Below, piece by piece: positions 34,947 to 44,568 of a DNA stretch of 64,000 nucleotides; position 1 is the first letter of the stretch; each line of letters begins with the position of its first letter. Source of the stretch: an uncultured Verrucomicrobiota bacterium (lineage in GTDB: Bacteria > Verrucomicrobiota > Verrucomicrobiia > Palsa-1439). The stretch is from positions 180,633 to 244,632 of the forward strand of contig CAZHLM010000001.1 in assembly GCA_964533295.1 (NCBI GenBank), given 5' to 3'. The notes below the pieces were generated by a model, which searched no databases, was not told the DNA's origin, and was given only the letters and a program-made list of their open reading frames with translations. The translations under genes and the position numbers were made by a program.

Positions 34947-35704
34947 TGACTGATAGCGTTGTGCAGGCAATCAAACTTGCGCGGGTCTACGGCGAGGTGA
35001 AGGCCCTGGATGGGGTGGACCTGGAAGTGGCCCGCGGCGAGTGGGTCAGCGTGATGGGGCCATCCGGTTCGGGCAAGACGACCCTGTTGAACATCCTGGG
35101 CGGCCTCGACCGGCCGACTGCCGGGCAGTTGCGCGTGGACGGGGTAGAGGTCACGACGCTGCTGTCCAAGGCGCTCACCCACTTCCGGCGCGAGATGATC
35201 GGGTTAGTTTTCCAGCAGTTCTACCTGATCCCGTACCTCACGGCGCTGGAGAACGTGATGCTGGCACAATACTTTCATAGCCTGGCCGACGAGGCCGAGG
35301 CGCGCGCCGCGCTCGAGGCGGTGGGGCTGGGCCAGCGTCTGCATCATTTGCCCGCGCAACTTTCCGGTGGGGAGCAGCAGCGCGTGTGCATTGCCCGTGC
35401 GCTCATCAACCAGCCCAAGATTATCCTGGCCGATGAGCCGACCGGCAATCTCGACGCGGCTAACGAGGAGATCGTCTTGGACATTTTTCGCCGCTTGCAT
35501 GCGCAGGGGCATACGCTGGTCATCGTCACCCACGACGCCCGCGTGGGTCGCCTGGCGGATCGGCTGATCACGCTCGAACATGGGCGGGTCGTGCGCGCCG
35601 AATCGAATGGGCACGACCGGCCCAAGACGGCGCAACTGATGCAGCCTGTGCCTCTCGGCGCATCGGGCAACAGGCCCGGCGTGGAAGGCAACAGCAAGGG
35701 CTGA
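34946..35704 (+). CDS. ABC transporter ATP-binding protein (MacB/LolD-like)
   Basis: Walker A GPSGSGKTT, signature LSGGEQQR, Walker B ILADEPTGNLD, H-loop. Confidence 0.9.
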   Translation: MTDSVVQAIKLARVYGEVKALDGVDLEVARGEWVSVMGPSGSGKTTLLNILGGLDRPTAGQLRVDGVEVTTLLSKALTHFRREMIGLVFQQFYLIPYLTALENVMLAQYFHSLADEAEARAALEAVGLGQRLHHLPAQLSGGEQQRVCIARALINQPKIILADEPTGNLDAANEEIVLDIFRRLHAQGHTLVIVTHDARVGRLADRLITLEHGRVVRAESNGHDRPKTAQLMQPVPLGASGNRPGVEGNSKG

Positions 35705-35762
35705 AGGTTGACAGGCAGGGCTGACTGCCAGGGCCGATCCACACCCTGGGCCGCACGTCAGA

Positions 35763-36467
35763 TTAGCGTTCGAGGGCCGCGACGATAGCGCGTTTCAGAA
35801 TCTCATAGTTGGACCCGCCCGCGATCAGTTGATCGTTCAGGAACAGGGAGGGGGTCCCGCGCACGTCGGCCTGCTGGCCCTGCCGCGTCTCTTGCTGCAC
35901 CTTCTCAGTATACCGGCCGGAGTCCAGGCACTCGTTGAATGGGCCGGCCTCCAACCCCAGCTCGGTGGCAAAGCGCTTGAGGTTCTCCCGGCTAAAGGCG
36001 CCAGCGTTCTCTCCAGCCCAGTTCGCAATCAGCGCGTCGAAATACTCCCAAAAACGTCCCTGCTCGTTGGCGCACTCGGAGGCTTCCGCCGCCCACTGCG
36101 ACTCGGGCCCCAGAAAAGCAAAATGGCGGTAGACGAAACGCACCTTGCCCGTGCTGACAAACTCTTGCTTCAACGTGCGCGCCGTGGTCATGGCAAACTG
36201 CCGGCAGGCCGGACATTGGAAGTCGCCATACTCGACCAGGGTTACCGCGGCCTCCGCCGCGCCTAGGCTCTTGTCCTGGCTGGTGGCCGCCGGCGGCGGC
36301 GCCGGCAGAAGCCTGGGCAGCAGGGTGAACGCCAGACCGCCGACGACGGCCAGGGCCAGCAGCGCCCACAATGCCCTCGTCAGCGACCGGCGCCGCTGCT
36401 CGCGCTGCCGCCGTTCTCGCTGCGTGATGGACTTCGAAAGTGATACTTGCTTTGCTTTGGATGACAC
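35763..36467 (-). CDS. DsbA-like thioredoxin-fold thiol:disulfide oxidoreductase, membrane-anchored
   Basis: N-terminal TM. Catalytic FQCPACRQF (CPxC). C-terminal cis-Pro region (GTPSLFL). Confidence 0.8.
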   Translation of the reverse strand: MSSKAKQVSLSKSITQRERRQREQRRRSLTRALWALLALAVVGGLAFTLLPRLLPAPPPAATSQDKSLGAAEAAVTLVEYGDFQCPACRQFAMTTARTLKQEFVSTGKVRFVYRHFAFLGPESQWAAEASECANEQGRFWEYFDALIANWAGENAGAFSRENLKRFATELGLEAGPFNECLDSGRYTEKVQQETRQGQQADVRGTPSLFLNDQLIAGGSNYEILKRAIVAALER

Positions 36468-36486
36468 GAAGCCGCCTCCGTATTGA

Positions 36487-37704
36487 TCAGAGCACCCAGA
36501 TCAGCAGCCCGAGCCCGAGCGCCGCCATCAGCCCGCCTGTCACGGTTCGCACCATCCGTGACGAACTGCGCTCCCAAACCTGCATCTTCTTGGCCACCAG
36601 CGGGTTGAGCGATAAGGCCAAGATCAGAATCAGGGGCGCGACGAACATCAGGTTGTAGAGGGCCAGGTACACTGCCCCTTGCCAGAAATCAGCCTGGCTG
36701 CCCAGCAAGCCCAGAATGGCGACATACGGGCCGCCCGAGCAAGGAAAGCTCTCCAGCCCCATCAGGCTGCCCAGGACCAGCGTCGCGGGCAACGTGGCGC
36801 GGTAGATCCACTTCTTCAGACCCTCCTTGCCTATTTCCGGTAATTCCAGTCGCAGAGGAAACTTCGGGAACAGGCCATTCAGGACGTTCACCAGGCCAAA
36901 AAGCATGAGCAGGGCCGCCCCCATCTGGCCCAGCCAGTGGCCCTGCACCAGGTTGGAGGCCTGCAGCAGACCCAGGCCCACCAGGAAATAGACCGCGTAA
37001 ACGGCGCCGATGTAGACGGCCCCCATCTTCACGATCGAGCCTGTATTCTTCCGGATGGAAAACAGGAATGTGATGAAGAACAGCAGGATCGCCATGGCGC
37101 ACGGGTTGATCCCGTCGACCAGGCCGGTGAGCAGCACCGCCGAGAGCAGCAGGGTATGATCGGCGCTCGGGCTGCTGGCCGCCGTAAATGTGGTGCGGTT
37201 GGCCTCGAACCAACTCAGGTAAGTTCCCACAGCGGTGCCTGGAGGATAGGTCTGGACCGGGCCGGCAAACGCCCAGGCCCGATACCCTCCGTCACCGCCT
37301 TCCTCGCTGTAAATGAGGAGGCGTTCCGGGGACTCGGCCTCATGGGCCAACAGCGCCCGCACCACGGCCTCGGGCGGCTCACCCATCAAGATGATCCGGC
37401 CGCCGTCGATATACGTCGCCAGGTGACTTTGAAGTTCCAGGGGCACGCCTAGGCGCTCGTTCAGGTCGTTCAGCTCGACCCGGTGCTCGGGCTGGTTGAT
37501 ATAGTCCTTTTGAGTGACCTGGACCTCGAATTCCGTCAGGAGCGCCACCAACTCCCCGTCGACGTACCGCAGGCACTCGTCACAGGCTTCGTTGTAGTAG
37601 ATCACTGCCTGGCGGTTGACCACGCCGGCCGCGGGCGTCGCGGCTTCGCTCCAGAGCGAGACGATCACAATGGACAAGAGCACAGAGTAACGCATAGAAC
37701 CCAT
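36487..37704 (-). CDS. DsbD/CcdA-like transmembrane thiol:disulfide transporter with N-terminal periplasmic domain
   Basis: Periplasmic domain with CDEC. TM core with DGINPCAM and ESFPCSGGP Cys motifs, like the gene at 249..1070. Confidence 0.65.
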   Translation of the reverse strand: MGSMRYSVLLSIVIVSLWSEAATPAAGVVNRQAVIYYNEACDECLRYVDGELVALLTEFEVQVTQKDYINQPEHRVELNDLNERLGVPLELQSHLATYIDGGRIILMGEPPEAVVRALLAHEAESPERLLIYSEEGGDGGYRAWAFAGPVQTYPPGTAVGTYLSWFEANRTTFTAASSPSADHTLLLSAVLLTGLVDGINPCAMAILLFFITFLFSIRKNTGSIVKMGAVYIGAVYAVYFLVGLGLLQASNLVQGHWLGQMGAALLMLFGLVNVLNGLFPKFPLRLELPEIGKEGLKKWIYRATLPATLVLGSLMGLESFPCSGGPYVAILGLLGSQADFWQGAVYLALYNLMFVAPLILILALSLNPLVAKKMQVWERSSSRMVRTVTGGLMAALGLGLLIWVL

Positions 37705-37708
37705 CTCC

Positions 37709-38062
37709 TCAGCAGCACGTCAGCGTCTTGGGAATATCCCCAGCCTTGAGCGGTCCAAAGGGATTGCCATACTGGCGGATGTTGGCGATCATCGCCCGGT
37801 TGGCCTCGGTCTCGACGCCCTGAGACACCTGCCGGGCGCGGATGCGCTCGCCGTCGGGATCATGCCCCACCGGGCACACAATCCGGCAGGCCCGGCACAA
37901 AGTGCACTGGAAAACAAGCACCGAAGCGATTTCGTTCGCGGCCAGGATCGCGCGCCCCCTCGGGCTGATCTGCTCCTGGCGGAGGACCTCAAAGACTGGG
38001 CAGGCTTCGCGGCACAGCCCGCAGGCAATGCAGTCGGGATTGTCGAGCAATTCGGTCAGCAT
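37709..38062 (-). CDS. 4Fe-4S dicluster ferredoxin-domain protein (GlcF N-terminal-half-like)
   Basis: Two CxxCxxCxxxCP motifs (CIACGLCREACP, CTLCRACRIVCP). Confidence 0.7.
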   Translation of the reverse strand: MLTELLDNPDCIACGLCREACPVFEVLRQEQISPRGRAILAANEIASVLVFQCTLCRACRIVCPVGHDPDGERIRARQVSQGVETEANRAMIANIRQYGNPFGPLKAGDIPKTLTCC

Positions 38063-39228
38063 AACTTCCCCCGGTTGAACACGCCGTGCGGGTCGTAGCC
38101 CTGTTTCAGTGGACCGAGTTCGCAGCGCAGGGCCTCCCCCACCCAGGCTTTCTTCTTGAGGCCGATGCCGTGCTCGCCACTCACCTGCCCGCCCCAGGCC
38201 GCGACCCGGCGATAGAGCTCGACCAAGCGGGTATCACCTGGGGCGAAGCAGGGATGGAGGAGGCCCAGCCCCAGATGGCCGAACACCGGAATCCCCTCAC
38301 CATCCAGCCAGTCCAGCAGTTCGGGCAGGCCCGTCTCCCCCAGGCGCGGGTCCTCAATGACGGGATAGCCACGCCGCGCCAGCAGCGGATAGAGACCGTC
38401 ACGGGCGCGCCACAGCGCAGCCGCCCGATCCCCCTGCAGCTCGCCGCCTCCGCCCTCGAATTCGGCGAACAAGTGCGGGTACGCGGCCCAGCCGATGGCG
38501 GCAGCCGCATGCCGGTTCAGGTACTCGAGCGCCGTCAGGCACGGGTCCGCCAGCCACGCGGCGCGCTGGTCCAGCAGGGCAGCCGTGGTCTCAAAGGGTT
38601 GCAGCGTGATCGAGCGCTGCTCGGGCAGGGGCGCCAGACGCAGCGTGAGTTCGACGAGAATACCGGTCGTCCCCTCTCGGCCAGCAACGGCGACCAATTG
38701 GTCATGGGGTAACACCTGGACCACTCCCTGGCCGTCCACCAGCCAGGCCACGTCTACCCAGTTGCTCATCACGCCGTAGCGCACGGCGTGCAGCCCGGCG
38801 GCGTTGGTCGCCAGCATTCCGCCCAGGGTGGCCGTTCGGTGGCTGCCGGGCACGACGGGCAGGAACAACCGGTGAGGTCGCAGAAATCGGTTCAGCACGC
38901 CCACGGCGACGCCGGCCCCGACACGCACGCGCGCCTGTGCCGGATCAGGGAAGTCGATGGCAGTCAGGCGCGAGACGTCCACGACAACGGAGGCCTGGGG
39001 CACCGCGCCGCCACACAGGCCGGTGCCGGCCCCGCGCGGCGTCAAATCCACCCCTTCGGCGACGGCCCACTGCACCAGGGCCGATATCTGCCCCGCCGTT
39101 TCGGGCCAGACGACGGCCAGGCAATCGCCCTGCAGACGCGAGGCGTCCTGCCGATACACACAGCGTTCCGCGGCCTCCGTCGATAGTCTTTCGGGTCCAA
39201 CGATATTCTGAAGCGGCTTCAAGTTCAT
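38056..39228 (-). CDS. FAD-linked oxidase (GlcD/D-lactate dehydrogenase family)
   Basis: FAD-binding PCMH domain (TPRGAGTGLCGGAVP) and C-terminal FAD-oxidase_C domain. Confidence 0.8.
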   Translation of the reverse strand: MNLKPLQNIVGPERLSTEAAERCVYRQDASRLQGDCLAVVWPETAGQISALVQWAVAEGVDLTPRGAGTGLCGGAVPQASVVVDVSRLTAIDFPDPAQARVRVGAGVAVGVLNRFLRPHRLFLPVVPGSHRTATLGGMLATNAAGLHAVRYGVMSNWVDVAWLVDGQGVVQVLPHDQLVAVAGREGTTGILVELTLRLAPLPEQRSITLQPFETTAALLDQRAAWLADPCLTALEYLNRHAAAAIGWAAYPHLFAEFEGGGGELQGDRAAALWRARDGLYPLLARRGYPVIEDPRLGETGLPELLDWLDGEGIPVFGHLGLGLLHPCFAPGDTRLVELYRRVAAWGGQVSGEHGIGLKKKAWVGEALRCELGPLKQGYDPHGVFNRGKLC

Positions 39229-39926
39229 GAGCGACCGTCAGCTTCCCGACCTATCAAGGCCTCGCTCAACTCCAGCACCTGGACGTCACCGGCGTTTTGC
39301 TTGAAGTGGGCATAGCACAAGGGGCAGGCCGTGCATACGCGCTTGTTCGCCACCTGCGCCAGGCGTCGGCGCGCAATCGCGTCAGCCAGTTCGGGAAAGT
39401 TGGACTTCACCCCGCCGCCGCCTCCGCAGCACAGGCTGTGTTCGCGGTTATCCGGAAGTTCGCCCACCTGCCATCCCGCTGCCGCCAGCAGACGCCGCGG
39501 TTCCTCGTAGATGCCTGACCAGCGCCCCAGATGGCAGGGGTCGTGGTAAGTAAGCGGGGCGGCCTCCGCTCGGTGGGTCCGGGCCGGGCGGAGGACTTGC
39601 GTGACGTGCCAGGCCTCCAGCCCGTAATCCACCTTGAGAGTGTGGTAGCAGCCCGGGCAGTTGGTGATGATCTTGCGGATGCCATACCGCGCCAGCGTCT
39701 CCAGATTCTTGCGCCTGAGGTCCTCAAAATCCTTCAGATAGCCCGCGCGCTTGGCGGGACTGCCGCAGCACAGCACCTCGCCCGGCAGGACGACGAAATC
39801 GATCCGCGCCTGACGCAGCAAGCGTTCGTAGCGCTCGGCCACCTCAGGCAGCGCATACTGCGTGACGCAACCGGGATAGTAGAGCGTGTTTCCGCCGGAC
39901 AATCTCTCCAGGAAACTTTTGAACAT
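39225..39926 (-). CDS. Fe-S oxidoreductase with two CCG cysteine-rich domains (GlcF C-terminal-half/LutA-like)
   Basis: CCG motifs LCCGSP...NCPGCY and LCCGGGGG...ACPLCY. Confidence 0.75.
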   Translation of the reverse strand: MFKSFLERLSGGNTLYYPGCVTQYALPEVAERYERLLRQARIDFVVLPGEVLCCGSPAKRAGYLKDFEDLRRKNLETLARYGIRKIITNCPGCYHTLKVDYGLEAWHVTQVLRPARTHRAEAAPLTYHDPCHLGRWSGIYEEPRRLLAAAGWQVGELPDNREHSLCCGGGGGVKSNFPELADAIARRRLAQVANKRVCTACPLCYAHFKQNAGDVQVLELSEALIGREADGRS

Positions 39927-39932
39927 GGCGAC

Positions 39933-40331
39933 CTACGGCCCCTGGATCAGGGCGTGAAACTTGGCCTGCGCCTCGGGCTGCTCGGGATCGTTGCTGCGGA
40001 TGTACACCACGCGCGTGATGCTGCCATACAGGTGATCTTCCAGCGGATCGAGCGAGACCCTGAGCTCCGCCGTTCCGCCGGCCGGGATCTCGTCCAGGCT
40101 GATCTCCGCCTTGGTGCAGTCGCAGGAGGTGCTGATCTTCTGGATGGTGAGCGGGCTGCCGCCCTCGTTGCGGACCGTAAACGTGAGCTCGATGAGTTGT
40201 TGAGGCACCTCGCCCAGCTCCTGTCTGGCGGGCTCGATGACGATGCGCGGCGGCGCCGCGCCGCAACCCGCCCACAGCGTGGCAGCGGCAAGCCAAAAGG
40301 CGACGAGCAGGGATTGTCGGAAGTGGTTCAT
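39933..40331 (-). CDS. DUF1573-like lipoprotein
   Basis: Internal ATG 40331. Lipobox LWAGCG. Conserved FTVRNEGGSPLTI and CDCT pattern of DUF1573. Confidence 0.5.
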   Translation of the reverse strand: MNHFRQSLLVAFWLAAATLWAGCGAAPPRIVIEPARQELGEVPQQLIELTFTVRNEGGSPLTIQKISTSCDCTKAEISLDEIPAGGTAELRVSLDPLEDHLYGSITRVVYIRSNDPEQPEAQAKFHALIQGP

Positions 40332-41255
40332 CAGTTGACCTCGGACCATGCACCTCCCGGAGACGTGAGTCACAGCGGTGGATTTCGGGAGACCCGTTCA
40401 CTCCGGCGGTATCAGGCTGCAATTCTCAAACTCACCCGCTGGGTGCGACCACACGCAGGACCGTGGTGTACGCCCCGGCCATTCCCAGAGGGTGAGCCCG
40501 ATCAGGTTCGCGGGGTTATGCGGAGATGGGCGGACGATCGAGGTGAGACGCGTGGAAAGCGCGCGCGGTCGGAGGCGGAAAGACCACCGTGATCTTCGGT
40601 GCCACGGGCAGGACAAACGCCAGGCAGACGGGCAGCCGGTCGGCGCAATAGGTGCATGTGCCGGCCTGATCGCCGGTCTGGGGGCTAGTCACCGCCGGCG
40701 CACAGCCGCGGGCCTCCGGCTGCGAGCGCAGACAATCTGCGTCCGTAGTCGTGATAAGGGCCAGGCTGAGCGTCAACAGGATGGCCAGGGACCCGCGCAG
40801 ACGGGAGGCGCCGGGCCAATACTCACCGAACCGGGATAGGCCAATCATCCCCTCTAAATTACAAGAACCTCGGATGAGAAGAATGTGTAGAATGTCACAT
40901 AATATGCCTGCTATCCCGCCCGCATGAGCAGCTCGCTGGCCACTATCGTCTTTATTGGCACGGCGTGGCGCCAACACACCATGCCGGCGGCCCGGACGAG
41001 GATTTCCGGGCGTGCTGCTGGTGGGCAGGTCCGTCACTCTCCTGGCCGGGCTCGTCCCAGCGAAGTGCGCGTCGAAGGCGCTCACCCACTGCTGGCGCGA
41101 GACGGTCGGGCCAAGGTTAGTCACGTAGATAGGCAGCCTGGCTGACCGCCTCGAAGAGCGCAGGGATTGCGTTTGCAGGTTTCACGCTGGAATTCCCAGT
41201 TCGGGTGAAGACCGGGATTAGCTTCCGCTCTTTGGGGCTCCATCCTGAAGTGCTG

Positions 41256-42254
41256 TCAAAACACGACAACGCGTGTGCCTTCAGGAGCCCGCACGTAATC
41301 CTCTCCAGGTGGGACGACGGGCAGCGTCCAGCGATACAGCCACTTGGCGTCTGCCGGCGTCAGGTTGATGCAACCGCGGCTGCGCGGCGTGCCGTAATCG
41401 TTGTGCCAGTACGTGCCGTGCAGCGCCACGCCCGTCCAGTAGATATAGGACACCCACGGCACACCCGGCAAATCAAAGCCGTTGCCATCGCTTGCCGCCA
41501 TGTGGCGCGACGGCCGCTTCTGCTCTACTTTGAATTCTCCGCTGGGCGTTGCCGCTCCCCGGCGCCCGGTCGAGACGCGAGCAGTCAAGGCGATCGCGCC
41601 ATTCTCATACGCGGTCAGGCTCTGCTGTTTCAAATCCACTTCGATGCGCTTGTCGGTCACGTTTGATGAGATCGGCGTCAGCTCGTCGTCATCCACACGG
41701 CGCAGGCTCTCAGCCAACACAAAGTAGTAGACCTTGTACCGGTCATCCAGCACGCGATACCACACGCGGCCCTTCTTATCCGTGACCGATTGGTCTACCC
41801 AGTGCGTGCTGGCGTAGTAAAAGCGATAGACCTTCTTCGGGTTGCCATCGTCATTGCGCCAGGCCTCGGTGAAGGGCACTGTCACTTCAGCCAGAAACCC
41901 TTCTTTGGGTACGTCCACAATTGGCTGGTTCAGGTCATTGCGTACCGGCTGGATCAGCGACGAATGTACCCAGCCCTCGTCCGTGCGCCACCAGACCGGG
42001 TTCTGCGATTGGCCGGGGTCGCCACCCTTCTTCTCTTCATAGATGTTGACAAGGGTGTCGGCCCAATACACCTTCGATTGCGCCTTGCCCGTGAACGCCG
42101 GCCGGTCGTAGGCCCGCAGCGAGGAGTTCGTGACGCGGCCCAGGGCGATAGGCGCCTCGGCGGGCTGCGCCCGCTGTGGCAAGTCCAATACGAGGCCCAG
42201 TGCAGCCATGGCTGTAACTTTGAGAAAATCACGGCGAGGGATAAGGCGCGCCAT
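41256..42254 (-). CDS. L,D-transpeptidase (YkuD family) with twin-arginine signal peptide
   Basis: Tat motif RRDFLKVTAMAALG. Catalytic HGTYWHND...SRGCINL (His/Cys). Confidence 0.8.
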   Translation of the reverse strand: MARLIPRRDFLKVTAMAALGLVLDLPQRAQPAEAPIALGRVTNSSLRAYDRPAFTGKAQSKVYWADTLVNIYEEKKGGDPGQSQNPVWWRTDEGWVHSSLIQPVRNDLNQPIVDVPKEGFLAEVTVPFTEAWRNDDGNPKKVYRFYYASTHWVDQSVTDKKGRVWYRVLDDRYKVYYFVLAESLRRVDDDELTPISSNVTDKRIEVDLKQQSLTAYENGAIALTARVSTGRRGAATPSGEFKVEQKRPSRHMAASDGNGFDLPGVPWVSYIYWTGVALHGTYWHNDYGTPRSRGCINLTPADAKWLYRWTLPVVPPGEDYVRAPEGTRVVVF

Positions 42255-44556
42255 CTTCTGGAGCTCCCAGGGGTGCCACGGGTGTTGGCAGTGTCTTGAA
42301 GTAGTCTAGCAGCACAGTTTCGTAAACCACTACGTTCGCTTGTTTGAACAGATCGTCGGTGAGCTGCGCCAACCTCTCCTCGTGCTTCTGCTGAGTGAGA
42401 ATTTCCTCGATATAGGGCCTGGCCTGCTCGAAGGCCAATCGTTCCGGCTCAGTGCGCTCAATAACCTGTACGATGTACAGGCTGTCTCCAAATTGAAAAG
42501 GCCGGCTGATCTCGTCTGGCTGTAACGGCAGAATCGCCTCGTGGAATGGATGCAGTTGCGCCTCGGCCAGGATATCTTCACTCTCCCCGATCCAGCCGTC
42601 GAGTTCGCCGCCGTTAGCGGCAGTCTCCGGGTCTTCGGAGTATTCCTGTGCGACGGCGGCAAAGTCTGCGCCCTGCTGGAAGAGGCCCGGCACGAGTTTT
42701 TTGTAGGCTTCGTCGGCGCGGGCGCGCGCGGCGTTCTGTTCGTCTTCGGTGGAACCCAGCCCGATGCGGATATAGCGGATGCGCGACCTGGGCGGCAGGG
42801 CCATCAGGTCAATGTTCTCATCGTAGAACTTTCGCAGCTCCTCGTCGGTCACCTGGATCTTGTCGTCAATCTCTTCCTGGTGCAGCATTTGCTTGAGCAC
42901 CTGCAGGCGCGCCTCGTCCACCAGCGGCTTGTTCTGCACGTCCAGCAGTTGGTCGTAGGTGTCTTCCACGAGCAGGAGACGCTCGATCAACAATTCCGCC
43001 AGTTGCTGCATGCCTTCCGGACCGCCGTACTGCGCCTGGGTGGAAATATCCAGCTCTTTGTACTCCGTGTAAAACTGCCTCAACGTATACTGCCGTCCCT
43101 TGAGCGTGAAGAGCGTTTTGCCGGCGTTAGCGTTGAACCATTCCTCAGTTTTCTGTTGCTGAACGGCCGCCATCACCACGGGTCGCACTTCATCCAGCGT
43201 CTGCGTGCGTGCGGGCTGAAGTTCGTTGAGCCGGACGATGTAGAAAAAGTCGCCCGCGCGAAAGACATCGCTCAATTCGTTCGCCGTCAGCGCGAACACC
43301 GCAGCATCCCAGGCCGGGTCGCGGGTGCCCTCGCTAAAAGTCGTGCCGGTGAAGGCCAGTGTGCCGGTGATCGCGCCAGCGACCTCGCCAAACGTTGCAC
43401 CTGAGCGCAGTTTGAGCAGCGCATCGTCGGCGTTCTGGCGAGCGGCAGCCTCATCGGCGCCCGCGGGGAATTGCAGTTCATCCACCACGGCGCGGCGCGA
43501 GAGTTTGAACAGGTCGAGGTTGGCGTCGTAATAGCGGCGCAAGTCGTCCTCGGCCGGGGCCGGTACGTCCAGCAGTTCGAAATTGCGGGTGATCGAGGCG
43601 TTGTCCTTCAGGCGCTTGATATACCCTTCGATATATCCCTGCTCGCGTTGCGACACGAGCGTCTGCCGGATTTGATCGCGCACTTGGTCAAGGGTTTGGT
43701 CCCCGAACTGCGCTTTGTTGGCGTTGTAGTAATCCTGGATTTCGCTCTCCGTCACCTGGATTTCGCCCTCGTGTCGCTGGAGGTCGAGCGACTCCAGGTT
43801 GAGGCTCTCGGTGATGTGCTGCATGGTGTGGCTGAAGTCTTCGTCGCGGTCTGGCTGGCGCGTGGCCGCCCAGCGCCGCACCAGTTCATCCATCACCATG
43901 TCCTCGACCACGGCCAGCAGCGTATCCGGCGTGCGGGCAACGACCTGATACTCTTCCGGCACGAGCAGTTTCAAGTGGGCTTCCACATCGGCGATGGTGA
44001 TCTGGCCGCCATCGAATGTGGCGATCACGTCGGAGGCAGGCGGCTTAGGCGCAGTCAGGCTCAGCCACCAGAGATAGGCTTGTGGCCACCAGCGATAGCC
44101 GCCTGCAAACCACAGACCGATGACGAACACCGCGGCCAGCCCGGCGTACAGCGCGCCCGTGCGCAGGCGCCCCAGCCAGATTTGTCGCGCCGTCGGCGCG
44201 GGTTCAGGCGCTGCCTGTTGGCTGGCTACCCCCTCCCCTTCAACCGGCAGGCCGGGTCCGGCGCCGGTCTCCCAAACCAGTGGCGCAGCCTCGCCAGTGG
44301 GTTCGACTGAGGGCGCGACTTCCGATGGGGGAGTCTCGACCACTGCCGCGGCGGGTTCTGCAGCCAGGGGAACCGCTGAAGCCTCGACCGACGATTCGGC
44401 GCTTATCGTCGGCGGCAAAGCTTCGACTTCGGGCGGCGCGACCTCAGGGGGCAGGGCCGGTTTCTCGACCGGCGGCGTCTGTGGTTCGGGCCTCGGTTCG
44501 CCACCGCGCAGGGCGTTGACGATGTCGTCCCAGACTTGCTTCCAGCCTTCAGCCAT
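42229..44556 (-). CDS. SurA/PpiD-like peptidyl-prolyl cis-trans isomerase with two parvulin domains and Pro-rich N-terminal region
   Basis: 775 aa. Pro/Ala/Glu-rich N-terminus, one TM, SurA-N-like helical regions, parvulin boxes (...ANGGELDGWIGE...FQFGDSLYIVQVIERTEP). Confidence 0.6.
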   Translation of the reverse strand: MAEGWKQVWDDIVNALRGGEPRPEPQTPPVEKPALPPEVAPPEVEALPPTISAESSVEASAVPLAAEPAAAVVETPPSEVAPSVEPTGEAAPLVWETGAGPGLPVEGEGVASQQAAPEPAPTARQIWLGRLRTGALYAGLAAVFVIGLWFAGGYRWWPQAYLWWLSLTAPKPPASDVIATFDGGQITIADVEAHLKLLVPEEYQVVARTPDTLLAVVEDMVMDELVRRWAATRQPDRDEDFSHTMQHITESLNLESLDLQRHEGEIQVTESEIQDYYNANKAQFGDQTLDQVRDQIRQTLVSQREQGYIEGYIKRLKDNASITRNFELLDVPAPAEDDLRRYYDANLDLFKLSRRAVVDELQFPAGADEAAARQNADDALLKLRSGATFGEVAGAITGTLAFTGTTFSEGTRDPAWDAAVFALTANELSDVFRAGDFFYIVRLNELQPARTQTLDEVRPVVMAAVQQQKTEEWFNANAGKTLFTLKGRQYTLRQFYTEYKELDISTQAQYGGPEGMQQLAELLIERLLLVEDTYDQLLDVQNKPLVDEARLQVLKQMLHQEEIDDKIQVTDEELRKFYDENIDLMALPPRSRIRYIRIGLGSTEDEQNAARARADEAYKKLVPGLFQQGADFAAVAQEYSEDPETAANGGELDGWIGESEDILAEAQLHPFHEAILPLQPDEISRPFQFGDSLYIVQVIERTEPERLAFEQARPYIEEILTQQKHEERLAQLTDDLFKQANVVVYETVLLDYFKTLPTPVAPLGAPEDGAPYPSP

Positions 44557-44568
44557 CGAACGTCACCT

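Noticed and set aside
35704-35763. Small hairpins (GGCAG...CTGCC, CCAGGG...CCCTGG) between the convergent ABC ATPase and dsbA-like genes as a terminator
   Set aside because: Stems are 5-6 bp with no U-tract. Such hairpins are abundant by chance in GC-rich intergenic DNA.
40516-41124. 202-aa ORF between the L,D-transpeptidase and DUF1573 genes (possible small Cys-rich secreted protein from internal ATG 40848)
   Set aside because: Composition is Arg/Pro-rich in the first half, there is no RBS, and nothing conserved is recognisable. Left unannotated.
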